32,000 nucleotides of DNA from Rhodobacter capsulatus SB 1003 (GTDB taxonomy: Bacteria > Pseudomonadota > Alphaproteobacteria > Rhodobacterales > Rhodobacteraceae). Numbering within the stretch: position 1 is the first letter of the stretch; each line of letters starts with the position of its first letter. The notes under the pieces were generated by a model. That model was not told the origin of the DNA and did no database searches. It worked only from the letters and a program-made list of their open reading frames with translations. Where the stretch lies: positions 1,710,001 to 1,742,000 of the forward strand of contig NC_014034.1 of NCBI RefSeq assembly GCF_000021865.1, read 5' to 3'. Below are positions 22,211 to 30,898 of the stretch, piece by piece. A program made the translations under genes and the position numbers.

Positions 22211-22576
22211 TCACATGAAGCCGAGTTCGAGCCGGGCCTCGTCCGACATCATGTCCATGCCCCAGGCCGGGTCGAAGGTCATCTCGATCTCGCAGCGCTG
22301 CACGCCTTCGACCGCCTCGACTGCGTCTTGCAGCCATTGCGGCATCTCGCCCGCCACCGGGCAGCCCGGGGCGGTCAGCGTCATGGTGATGGCGACGACG
22401 CCGTCCTCGCCGATCCGGATCGTGTAGATCAGACCCAGATCGAAGATGTTGACCGGAATTTCCGGGTCGAAGACGGTGCGGCAGGCCTCGACCACCGAGG
22501 CGTAAAGCGGGTGCTCGATATCGGACGGGGCAATCAGAGGGGCCCCTTCGGGGAGCGCGTGTTCGGTGCTGGTCAT
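22211..22576 (-). CDS. SUF-type Fe-S assembly protein SufT-like (DUF59/MIP18)
   Basis: 121 aa. DPEIPVNIFDLGLIY and TLTAPGCPVAG are DUF59 signatures. Confidence 0.85.
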   Translation of the reverse strand: MTSTEHALPEGAPLIAPSDIEHPLYASVVEACRTVFDPEIPVNIFDLGLIYTIRIGEDGVVAITMTLTAPGCPVAGEMPQWLQDAVEAVEGVQRCEIEMTFDPAWGMDMMSDEARLELGFM

Positions 22577-22718
22577 GACTCTCTCGGGCTATTTCCTAGA
22601 GTTTATATAGGGTATCGGGGGGAGAGGTAAAGGCCGTCGGTGCGGGGCGGAAAGCCGCGTGCCAAGCAGGGTTTCGCCGCGGCGGGGCCGCGGCGACCGG
22701 GCGGGCGGGGCCCCCGCA

Positions 22719-22890
22719 CCCCCGGCGTATTTGCGCCAAGAAGAAACAAGCGGGACCAGGCCCCCCTGCAGCCGCATGCCGTCCGCGTCAACAGGCAAGG
22801 GCCCCGCTTTTCCTAGGCAAAATACGCCCTTCTTTCTTTTCGGGGGGGCGGGGGGTGAAGCCCCCCGTCCGCCTCGGGCTTGCCCGAGGC
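22719..22890. repeat. diverged relative (copy D) of the palindromic element family
   Basis: CCCCCGGCGTATTTGCGCCAAGAAGAAACAAGCGGGACC (22719-22757) pairs imperfectly with GGCCCCGCTTTTCCTAGGCAAAATACGCC (22800-22828). The head resembles the CCCCCGGGATATTTGGAGCAAGATGAAA core. GC mini-hairpins at 22850-22866 and 22871-22890. Confidence 0.4.
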
Positions 22891-22978
22891 GAAAGCTTCC
22901 CCCCGTGAAAACCTTGCCTGCGCGCGTCGCTTTCCCTTTCGGCCCGGCGCTGCTAAACGCGCGCCAAAGGAGCGCCCG

Positions 22979-24106
22979 ATGACCCAGTTCAGCTTCACCC
23001 TCTCCGCCACCGACGGCGCCGCCCGCACCGGCGTCATCCACACCCCGCGCGGCGAGATCCGCACCCCCGCCTTCATGCCTGTCGGCACTGCCGCCACGGT
23101 CAAGGCGATGCTGCCCGAAAGCGTGCGCGCCACCGGCGCCGACATCCTTTTGGGCAACACCTATCACCTGATGCTGCGCCCCACGGCCGAGCGCATCGCG
23201 CGGCTGGGCGGGTTGCACAAGTTCATGAACTGGGAGCGCCCGATCCTGACCGACTCGGGCGGGTTTCAGGTGATGAGCCTTGCTTCCGTGCGCAAGCTGA
23301 CCGAGGAGGGCGTGACCTTTTCCAGCCATATCGACGGCTCGAAACACCATCTGTCGCCCGAACGCTCGATGGAGATCCAGAAGCTTCTGGGCTCGGACAT
23401 CGTCATGGCCTTTGACGAATGCCCGGCGCTGCCCGCCGATGACGCGACGGTGGCGAAATCGATGCGGCTCTCGATGCGATGGGCGCAACGCTCGCGTGAT
23501 GCCTTCGGCGACCGGCCCGGCCATGCGCTGTTCGGCATCATGCAGGGCGGTGTCACCCGCGATCTGCGCGAGGAATCGGCCACGAAACTGAAAGAGATCG
23601 GCTTTGACGGCTATGCGATCGGCGGCCTCGCCGTGGGCGAGGGGCAGGAGGCGATGTTCTCGGTCCTCGATTACGCGCCCGGCTTCCTGCCCGCGGACAA
23701 GCCGCGCTATCTGATGGGCGTGGGCAAGCCCGACGACATCGTTGGCGCGGTCGCGCGCGGCATCGACATGATGGATTGCGTGCTGCCCTCGCGCTCCGGC
23801 CGGACCGGGCAGGCCTGGACCCGGCGCGGCCAGATCAACATCAAGAACGCCCGCCACATGGACGATCCGCGCCCGCTGGACGAAGCCTGCAGCTGCCCGG
23901 CCTGCCGCAATTACTCCCGCGCCTATCTGCACCATGTCTTCAAGGCGCAGGAGATGATCTCGGGCATGCTCCTGACCTGGCACAACCTGCATTACTATCA
24001 GGATCTTATGGCAGGCCTGCGCGCGGCGATCGCGGCGGGGCAGCTTTCGGCCTTCGTCGCAGACTTCCATGCCCAGCGCGCGGCGGGGGATATCGACCCG
24101 CTCTAA
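22979..24106 (+). CDS. tgt: queuine tRNA-ribosyltransferase
   Basis: Start at ATG 22979 after AAAGGAG. 375 aa with [24 protein letters not shown] and the zinc motif CSCPAC...H. Confidence 0.95.
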   Translation: MTQFSFTLSATDGAARTGVIHTPRGEIRTPAFMPVGTAATVKAMLPESVRATGADILLGNTYHLMLRPTAERIARLGGLHKFMNWERPILTDSGGFQVMSLASVRKLTEEGVTFSSHIDGSKHHLSPERSMEIQKLLGSDIVMAFDECPALPADDATVAKSMRLSMRWAQRSRDAFGDRPGHALFGIMQGGVTRDLREESATKLKEIGFDGYAIGGLAVGEGQEAMFSVLDYAPGFLPADKPRYLMGVGKPDDIVGAVARGIDMMDCVLPSRSGRTGQAWTRRGQINIKNARHMDDPRPLDEACSCPACRNYSRAYLHHVFKAQEMISGMLLTWHNLHYYQDLMAGLRAAIAAGQLSAFVADFHAQRAAGDIDPL

Positions 24107-24747
24107 TGCCCGGCGATCAGGATGACGGCGGCATAATGCGTTGCGGCCGCCGCGATCACATGGCCATGCCAGATCGCGCGGGAAAACGGCATCCGCTTGA
24201 GCTTGTAGAACACCGTGCCCAGCAGATAGACCGCGCCGCCGATGCCCAGCAGGATCAGCACGGCGAGCGGCAGCCGCTCGATCAGCGGCCAGATCGCGAC
24301 CAGACCCAGAAGCCCCATCACAAGGTAAAGCAGGAACCCGGCCTTCTCGGCGGCATGAAAGAAGCCCAGCTTCATCACCATGCCGATCAAGGCCAGCGTC
24401 CAGATCGTTACGGTCAGCGCGATGCCCACCTTGCCACCCAGCCCGATCAGCGCCATCGGCGTGTAGGTGCCCGCAATCAAAAGATAAATCGCCGCATGAT
24501 CGAAGCGGCGCAGCACCGCGCGGGCGGGCGCGTAAAGCGTCAGGTTGTAGCCCGCCGAAAACCCGAAAGAGGCGATCAGCCCGACCGCATAGACGACCAG
24601 CGGCCAGATCTTCGGCCCAAGCCCCGCCATCGCCGCCCAGACCATCAGCGCCGAAACCGCGGCCACGGCAAAGGTGACGCCCAGCACATGCATCACGCCA
24701 TCGGCGAAATGCTCGCGGAACGAATGGGCCAGCTCATGTCGTGTCAT
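24103..24747 (-). CDS. hemolysin III / PAQR family membrane protein
   Basis: Start at ATG 24747, with GGAGG 6 nt upstream; the track ORF runs on through palindromic element B. 214 aa, 7 TM helices, motifs [14 protein letters not shown] and [12 protein letters not shown]. Confidence 0.9.
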   Translation of the reverse strand: MTRHELAHSFREHFADGVMHVLGVTFAVAAVSALMVWAAMAGLGPKIWPLVVYAVGLIASFGFSAGYNLTLYAPARAVLRRFDHAAIYLLIAGTYTPMALIGLGGKVGIALTVTIWTLALIGMVMKLGFFHAAEKAGFLLYLVMGLLGLVAIWPLIERLPLAVLILLGIGGAVYLLGTVFYKLKRMPFSRAIWHGHVIAAAATHYAAVILIAGH

Positions 24748-24819
24748 CGAAACCTCCGGGGAATGGCGCATCCTAGCAGCCGGGGCGGGCAAGCCAAAGG
24801 CTGACGCTGCGTCAGCCGA

Positions 24820-24939
24820 CGGGCCGGGCAGGGGGGCGCTGCCCCCGTCCTGCGGACTCCCCCCGGGATATTTATGGCAAGATGAAACTGCGGCCTTCAT
24901 CTTGCCATAAATATCCCGGGGTGCGGGGCAGAGCCCCGC
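24820..24939. repeat. composite palindromic intergenic element, copy B
   Basis: Perfect 26-bp arms at 24861-24886 and 24896-24921 with a 9-nt loop. The left 27 nt (24820-24846) are identical to copy A (19633-19659). The right outer hairpin is GCGGGGCAGAGCCCCGC. Confidence 0.9.
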
Positions 24940-25623
24940 TCAACCGAAGATGACAAGATCCGCGGCCCGGTTTTCGCTGATGAGCAAGCGCCCGTTCGGC
25001 AGGTCGTTTTCCTCGGTCCGGCGCGTGGCTTCCGCCAGCGGCAGATCGGACCAGCGCGCCATCAGGCGGCGGCGCAGTTCGGCCTCGGGCACGGCCAGCC
25101 GGATCGACAGATCGAAAAGCGGCGCCAGATCGCGCCAGCCCGGGCGGGTGAGGAGCAGGTAATTGCCCTCGACCAGGATCACCTGCGCCGTGGCGGGGAT
25201 CACCGCGCCCGCAGGCACGACGGCATCGGCTGTGCGATCGAAGCCGGGCACCGGGCAATCTTTGGTGGCGGTCCTGACCTGCGCCAGGCAGGCGGCAAGG
25301 CCCGCGACATCGAAAGTGTCGGGGTTGCCCTTGACCGCGCGCAGGCCCCGCGCATCCAGCCAGTCATTGTCGCGATGAAACCCGTCCATCGGCAGGATCG
25401 CGGCGCGGCCGGGGCTGCGGGCGTTCAACTGCGCCGCCAGCTCCGCCGCCAGATGCGACTTGCCCGAGCCGGGCGCGCCCACCAGCGCCACCAGCACGCG
25501 GTCTTCGCCCAACTGCCCGATGTGACCGGCCAGATCGGCGCGGTCCACCCGCAGCTCGGAGCCCATGAAGGCGCCGACATCGCCCATCGGGCCGTTGGAA
25601 TCGCCCAGCCAGAATTCCGCCAT
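24940..25623 (-). CDS. P-loop nucleoside/nucleotide kinase family protein (uridine kinase/PRK-like)
   Basis: Start at ATG 25623, a 1-nt overlap with the upstream stop (TGATG). 227 aa. Walker A is GAPGSGKS. The substrate is not assignable from sequence. Confidence 0.75.
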   Translation of the reverse strand: MAEFWLGDSNGPMGDVGAFMGSELRVDRADLAGHIGQLGEDRVLVALVGAPGSGKSHLAAELAAQLNARSPGRAAILPMDGFHRDNDWLDARGLRAVKGNPDTFDVAGLAACLAQVRTATKDCPVPGFDRTADAVVPAGAVIPATAQVILVEGNYLLLTRPGWRDLAPLFDLSIRLAVPEAELRRRLMARWSDLPLAEATRRTEENDLPNGRLLISENRAADLVIFG

Positions 25624-26240
25624 CAGCCCATCGCCGCGACAAGACGGCCCAGCGCCGCCACCGGGTCTTCGGCGGTCCAGATTTCCTCGCCCACGGCGAA
25701 GAAATCGGTGACCGGGGCGAAGTCGCGCACCAGATCCTCGGTCAGCGCGCCCTCGGCGACGACCGGAACCTCGATCACCTCGGACCACCACTGGAAGAGG
25801 TCGCGCTCGGCCCGGGCGCCGGTGCCAAGGCCGGTTTCGCCCACCGGACCGAAGCAGACGTAATCCGCCCCGGCCTCGCCCGCGGTCATGCCGTCATGCT
25901 GCGAGGCGGCGCAAAAGGCGCCGACGATCGCATCCTGGCCCAGCTCCTTGCGGGCATAGCGCACGGTGCGGGCGCCATCGGTCAGATGCACGCCGTCAAG
26001 CCCGTGCCGTTCCACCAGCGCGATGTGGTTCTCGATCACCAGCGCGACATCGAATTCATGCGCCACCTGACGCACCGCATCGGCCGCGCGCATCACCTTG
26101 TCCTCGTCCTTCGTCGCCAGACCGAGACGGATGCAGGCCACCTCCTGCGCGCCGAGAACCCTGGCCAGAAGCTGCGGGAAAACGTCCAGATCGAAGCTGG
26201 GCGGGGTGGCCAGATAAAGCTGCGGGCGATCCTCGGACAT
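25623..26240 (-). CDS. thiamine-phosphate synthase-like (TMP-TENI fold) protein
   Basis: 205 aa. AAGGAG lies 5 nt before ATG 26240. LYLATP, GLDGVHL and GADYVCFGPV resemble ThiE/TenI. The canonical substrate-binding residues were not all recognised. Confidence 0.65.
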   Translation of the reverse strand: MSEDRPQLYLATPPSFDLDVFPQLLARVLGAQEVACIRLGLATKDEDKVMRAADAVRQVAHEFDVALVIENHIALVERHGLDGVHLTDGARTVRYARKELGQDAIVGAFCAASQHDGMTAGEAGADYVCFGPVGETGLGTGARAERDLFQWWSEVIEVPVVAEGALTEDLVRDFAPVTDFFAVGEEIWTAEDPVAALGRLVAAMG

Positions 26241-26321
26241 GACGGCTCCTTTCGGGTTTCGCGCCTTCTAGCGCAGGCGGCCCCGCCTTGCCAGCGGCTT
26301 TGCGCTTCTGTATCGGGGGGC

Positions 26322-27059
26322 ATGACTTCGCATCCGACCCCCGTCTTCATCCTGATCCGTCCGCAGATGGGCGAGAATATCGGTGCCGCCGCCCGGGCGA
26401 TGCTGAATTTTGCGCTCTCGACGCTGCGGCTGGTTGATCCGCGCGACGGCTGGCCGAACCCGAAGGCGGTGGCCATGGCCTCGGGCGCGGCGGGCAAGGT
26501 GCTCGATCATGCTGGGGTCTTTCCCACCACGGCCGAGGCGATTGCCGATTGCGATTTCGTCTTTGCCACCACCGCGCGCGGGCGCGAGCTGACAAAGCCC
26601 ATTTACACCCCCGAAGCCGCGATGGCCGAGGCGCGGGCGCGGATCGCCGCCGGGCAGCGGGTGGGGGTGATGTTCGGCCCCGAGCGCACCGGGCTGGAAA
26701 ATGACGACATCATCCGCGCGAATGCGATCATCACCGTGCCGGTGAACCCCGAGTTCTTCTCGCTCAATCTGGCGCAGGCGGTGCTGCTGACGGCCTACGA
26801 ATTCGCCCGTCAGGGCAGCGAGGCCCCGGCGATCGACCCCGGTCTGGCGGGGGCCGAGATGGCCAATGCGCTCGAAATCGAGAAGCTGGGCGATCATTAC
26901 GAGGAGCGGCTGGATCAGGCCGGGTTCTTCTTTCCCGCGGGCAAGGCGCCGATGATGAAGCGCAATCTGCGCAACATGTGGAGCCGGTTCGGCCTGACGC
27001 GGGCGGATGTGCAGACGCTGCACGGGATGTTGCGGCAGCTTTTGCGCCAGCGGGATTGA
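26322..27059 (+). CDS. SpoU/TrmH-family RNA 2'-O-methyltransferase, TrmJ-like
   Basis: Start at ATG 26322 after GGGGGG. 245 aa with ENIGAAARAM, FATTARGR, MFGPERTGL and LNLAQAV motifs. Confidence 0.85.
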   Translation: MTSHPTPVFILIRPQMGENIGAAARAMLNFALSTLRLVDPRDGWPNPKAVAMASGAAGKVLDHAGVFPTTAEAIADCDFVFATTARGRELTKPIYTPEAAMAEARARIAAGQRVGVMFGPERTGLENDDIIRANAIITVPVNPEFFSLNLAQAVLLTAYEFARQGSEAPAIDPGLAGAEMANALEIEKLGDHYEERLDQAGFFFPAGKAPMMKRNLRNMWSRFGLTRADVQTLHGMLRQLLRQRD

Positions 27060-27334
27060 GGTCGACGGATCTGACCGAGGCCATCGCCGAGGTCACGCGC
27101 GACATTGGCCCCATGACCGCCGGGGGCCCAAAGGCCCTCGGCCAGCGCCCGCCCCGCCCATGGCGGGCGCTTCTCGCCCGCCGGGGCAGGCGCCGGCCTC
27201 TGTTGCGCTTGATCGAAACGGTCTTGCCATGGCCGTTGCGCAGCGGGCGGGAAACGCGGATCGCGTTTCCTGATCCGCCCGACCCACGCAAGGGCAGACT
27301 TGCGCCGCCCGCGCGCGCCCGTCATCCTGCGCCG

Positions 27335-28084
27335 ATGCGACACTTTCTGATGCGATCGCTTCTGGCGCTGGGGCTGGGCGGCCTGCTGGGCCTTGTGGCG
27401 CTGCTCGCGCTCCTGCCCGCGCCGCGCGCCGCCCTTTGTCCCGGCTGTTTCGGGCTGGTGCGCGCGACCGACACGCTCTGGGTCGAGGCGGCGATGCCCG
27501 CCCCCGACCGGCTGCGCCTGATCGCCCAGATCGCCGCGGCGAAGGCGCAGGTGGCCCGGGCCCTCGGCCCGACCCGGGGCCGGTTGCGCCTTCTGGCCTG
27601 CCAGACCGCCGCCTGCGATCGCCGTCTGGGCGGGCGGGGGGCGGCCGCGGTGACCTATTCCTTTGGCCCCGTTGCCGTCGTGCGTCTCTCGCCGCGCGGG
27701 CTTTCGACGACGATCCTGACGCATGAGCTGACCCATGTCGCGCTGCATGCCCGGATGGGCCCCGTCGGGCAGCTGGCCGACCGCCTGCCCGCCTGGGCCG
27801 ACGAGGGGCTGGCGGTGATCGTCTCGGACGATCCGCGCTATCTGGCCCCGGGGTCCGGCCTGCGGCGCTGCCGCAAGACCCCGCGTCCCGTGCTGCCCGA
27901 AACCGCCCGCGACTGGCTGCATCTGGCCGCGCAAGAGCGCGACATTTACGCCGAAGCGGCCTGTGCCATGCTGGGCTGGATGGCGGAAAATGACGGCTGG
28001 ACGGGGGTTTGGGCGGTGATCGAGGGCAGGCGCACGCTTCATCCGCCCGCCAATCCCCTTGCCCCCGCCCGTGCCGCGCCCTAG
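27335..28084 (+). CDS. exported putative zinc-metalloprotease-like protein (HExxH)
   Basis: Start at ATG 27335 gives the signal peptide MRHFLMRSLLALGLGGLLGLVALLALLPAPRAA, followed by CPGC. It has a THELTHV (HExxH) motif. No RBS was seen, so the start is uncertain. 249 aa. Confidence 0.6.
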   Translation: MRHFLMRSLLALGLGGLLGLVALLALLPAPRAALCPGCFGLVRATDTLWVEAAMPAPDRLRLIAQIAAAKAQVARALGPTRGRLRLLACQTAACDRRLGGRGAAAVTYSFGPVAVVRLSPRGLSTTILTHELTHVALHARMGPVGQLADRLPAWADEGLAVIVSDDPRYLAPGSGLRRCRKTPRPVLPETARDWLHLAAQERDIYAEAACAMLGWMAENDGWTGVWAVIEGRRTLHPPANPLAPARAAP

Positions 28085-28112
28085 TGTCGCGCCAAAGCGA
28101 CAGGAGGCCCGC

Positions 28113-29297
28113 ATGGGGATGAAACCCGCCAAGAACCGCTCGCGCGCGATCTTCGAGGAGGTGGGCGTCGAGACCCCGAAACAGATGCCCGTGGCGCCGA
28201 AAGGCGGCATGATCGACGCGCGGCCGAAAGGCGCGCGCAAGGCGCTGCTGGTCTGGATGGTCTCGCTGATCGTGCTGGCCGTGCTGCAGCTGGGGCTGGA
28301 TGCGACGCCGGGCTTCGGCATTGCGGAACTCGATCTGCTGCAGCCCTACACGGGCTTGGCGCTTTTCGCGGTCTGGGCGCTGGGGGCGCTGGGTCTTGCC
28401 CTCAGCCGCCGCCTGCCGCCGGGCTGGGGGCTGCGCGTCGCCGGTCTGGGGCTGGGCTGCCTGCTGCTCGCGGCCTCGGACCCGGCGCCGATCGCCAAGC
28501 TTTCCAAGGCCTTGGCGCCCGAACCCGCGGCCGCGGTGCTGCCGCAGACGGGCGCGCTGCCGCCGCTGCAGCTTTTGCCCGCAACGCCGCCGACGCCCGC
28601 GCCCGTGGCGGCCCCCCCGACCCCGCAGGAACGGGTGGCGCAGGCCGCCGATCTGGTCACGGCACAGATCGACCGGGCGCAGACGACCCTTGGCGCCGCG
28701 CCCTTCGCCACGCTGCGCCTCGGCCTCGCCTTTGCGCTTCTGGGCTTTGCCTTCTGGTATGCGCTCTTGGCTGCCCGGACCGAGGCGGCGCTGATCGCGG
28801 CCCGGCGTCAGGCGGAACCGGGGCTGGTCGGGCTGGCGACGGGGCTGATGCATCTGAGCTTCCTGCAGCTGCTGGTGGGCGGGCTGGTGACCGGGATTGG
28901 CGCGGGGGCGGTCTTCACCGACTGGCCGTTGATGGGCGGCGTCTGGCTGCCGCCCGACATGCTTTCGCTTGAACCGATCTGGCGCAATGCGCTGGAAAAT
29001 CAGGCGCTTTTGCAGTTCAGCCACCGGGCGCTCGGCTATCTGCTGCTGGCTCTTGCGGCTTTTGCGCTGATCCGCTCGCGCCGGTCGGTGCATGCGGTGA
29101 CCCGCATGGCCTTTGGTCTGGCGGCGATCTGGGTGCTTTTGCAAGCCGTTCTGGGCGTCGTCACGCTGCTGCATGGCGATCCGCTGGCGCTGCGGCTGGC
29201 GCATCTGGGCGGGGCGCTGGTGCTCTGGCTCTTTCTCATCCGCGCGCGCTTCCTCGCGCGCTATCCGCGCGTGCAATCGATCCGGGGGATCAAATGA
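28113..29297 (+). CDS. COX15/CtaA (heme A synthase) homolog with atypical N-terminal half
   Basis: AGGAGG (28102-28107) lies before ATG 28113. 394 aa with about 8 TM helices. The C-terminal half matches COX15 (FTDWPLMGG, ALLQFSHR, LAHLGGA). The N-terminal half lacks the expected His and TRLT-SGLS motifs and carries a Pro-rich insert. Confidence 0.7.
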   Translation: MGMKPAKNRSRAIFEEVGVETPKQMPVAPKGGMIDARPKGARKALLVWMVSLIVLAVLQLGLDATPGFGIAELDLLQPYTGLALFAVWALGALGLALSRRLPPGWGLRVAGLGLGCLLLAASDPAPIAKLSKALAPEPAAAVLPQTGALPPLQLLPATPPTPAPVAAPPTPQERVAQAADLVTAQIDRAQTTLGAAPFATLRLGLAFALLGFAFWYALLAARTEAALIAARRQAEPGLVGLATGLMHLSFLQLLVGGLVTGIGAGAVFTDWPLMGGVWLPPDMLSLEPIWRNALENQALLQFSHRALGYLLLALAAFALIRSRRSVHAVTRMAFGLAAIWVLLQAVLGVVTLLHGDPLALRLAHLGGALVLWLFLIRARFLARYPRVQSIRGIK

Positions 29298-30763
29298 CAG
29301 CTCTGGCCGACCTGAAAGCCTACCTTCGCGAAACCGAGGCGCTGACCTGTGTGGCCGAGCGTCTGGGCTGGGATCAGGAAACGATGATGCCGCGCGGCGC
29401 CGCCGAGCAGCGGGCCGAGGAACTGGCGGCGATGGAATCGGTGCTGCATGCGCGGCGCACCGATCCGCGGCTGGAGGACTGGCTGGCCCGGGCCGAGGCG
29501 ACGACCGAGGCCGAGGCCCGGCTGCTTGACCTGGCCGGGCGCAATTACAACCGCGCGACGCGGATCCCGGCGCGGCTCGCCACGGAACTGGCCCGCCTCA
29601 CCTCGCTCGCCCAGGGCGTCTGGGCCGAGGCCCGCGCGGCCGAGGCCCCGGCCGCCTTCCTGCCGACGCTCGCGCAGATGGTGGCGCTGAAGCGCGAGGA
29701 GGCCGCCTGCCTGTCGGAAGGCGATCTTTACGATGCGCTGCTCGATGATTACGAACCCGGCGCGACGCATCGCGTGCTTGGCGCGATGTTCGACCGGATG
29801 CGCCCGCGTCTGGTCAGCCTGCGCGAAAAGGTGCTGGGGGCCGCGCATCAGCCGCCCGCGCTTGACCATGTCTTCCCCGAGGCGACGCAGCTGCGCATCG
29901 CGCGGATCTGCGCCTCGGCCTTCGGATATGACTGGACTCTGGGGCGGCTCGATCTGGTGGTGCATCCGTTCTGCTCGGGCTCGGGGCGGGATGTGCGCAT
30001 CACCACGCGGGTCTGCGAAAGCGATCCGTTCAACTGCCTGTATTCCACCATCCACGAGGTCGGCCATGCCTGCTACGAACAGGGGATCGCGGCGGAGCAT
30101 GCGCTGACGCCGCTTGGTCGCGGCGTTTCGATGGGGGTGCATGAAAGCCAGAGCCGGATCTATGAAAACCAGCTTGGCCGCTCGGCGCCCTTCACCGGCT
30201 GGCTCTATCAACGGATGGTCGATGCCTTTGGCGATTTCGGCGTCGCGGACGCGCAGGCCTTCCATGCGGTGGTGAACCGGGTCAACCCGGGCTTTATCCG
30301 CACGGAAGCGGACGAGCTGCATTACAACCTGCATGTGATGCTGCGCTTCGATCTGGAACGGCAGCTGATCACCGGCAAGCTCGAGGTCGCGGATCTGGAA
30401 GCGGCCTGGAATGTCCGGTTCCTGGCCGATTTCGGCGTCGCGGTCGAGAAACCCTCGCAGGGCTTCCTGCAGGATGTGCATTGGGCGGGCGGGCTTTTTG
30501 GCTATTTCCCGACCTATACGCTGGGCAATGTCTATGCGGGCTGCCTGAACCGGGCGATGCGCGCGGCAGTGCCCGGGATCGACGCGGCGCTGGCCGAGGG
30601 CTCGGCGAAACCCGCCACCGACTGGCTGCGCGAAAACCTGCAACGCCATGGCGGGCTGCGCCCCCCGCGCGAGACGATCGTGACCGCCTGCGGGTTCGAG
30701 CCGACGGAAGAACCGCTTCTGGACTATCTCGAAAGCAAATACGCCGCGATCTACCGGCTTTGA
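29294..30763 (+). CDS. carboxypeptidase Taq-type (M32) metallopeptidase
   Basis: 489 aa with HPF, HEVGHACYEQG (HExxH), GVHESQSR and IRTEADELHY signatures. Its ATG overlaps the upstream stop (ATGA, 29294-29297). Confidence 0.95.
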   Translation: MTALADLKAYLRETEALTCVAERLGWDQETMMPRGAAEQRAEELAAMESVLHARRTDPRLEDWLARAEATTEAEARLLDLAGRNYNRATRIPARLATELARLTSLAQGVWAEARAAEAPAAFLPTLAQMVALKREEAACLSEGDLYDALLDDYEPGATHRVLGAMFDRMRPRLVSLREKVLGAAHQPPALDHVFPEATQLRIARICASAFGYDWTLGRLDLVVHPFCSGSGRDVRITTRVCESDPFNCLYSTIHEVGHACYEQGIAAEHALTPLGRGVSMGVHESQSRIYENQLGRSAPFTGWLYQRMVDAFGDFGVADAQAFHAVVNRVNPGFIRTEADELHYNLHVMLRFDLERQLITGKLEVADLEAAWNVRFLADFGVAVEKPSQGFLQDVHWAGGLFGYFPTYTLGNVYAGCLNRAMRAAVPGIDAALAEGSAKPATDWLRENLQRHGGLRPPRETIVTACGFEPTEEPLLDYLESKYAAIYRL

Positions 30764-30767
30764 GGGC

Positions 30768-30898
30768 GAGGGGCGCTGCCCCCCGCGAGGCGATGCCTCG
30801 GCCCCCCGGGATATTTCGAGCAAGATGAAAGGCATCCGGTTTCATCTTGCTTCAAATACCTCGGGGGGAGTCCCGCAGGGACGGGGGGCAGCGCCCCC
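30768..30898. repeat. composite palindromic intergenic element, copy C (opposite orientation to copy B)
   Basis: Imperfect 29-bp arms at 30802-30830 and 30840-30868 with a 9-nt loop. Outer GGGGCGCTGCCCCCC (30770-30784) and GGGGGGCAGCGCCCCC (30883-30898). The spacer AGTCCCGCAGGGAC is the reverse complement of the copy B spacer. Confidence 0.85.

Noticed and set aside
22589-24070. 493-aa minus-strand ORF
   Set aside because: It is antisense to tgt. It also runs through the non-coding palindromic region 22600-22980.
27250-27270. Hairpin GGAAACGCG-GAT-CGCGTTTCC in the 275-bp gap after the trmJ-like gene
   Set aside because: It has a 9-bp stem but no T-tract and no repeat elsewhere in the window. 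There is not enough evidence to call it a terminator or a regulatory site.
27093-29276. 727-aa minus-strand ORF
   Set aside because: It is antisense to the HExxH and CtaA-like genes. It has an extreme Arg/Pro/Gly/Gln composition, no RBS and no domain logic. It is a GC shadow ORF.
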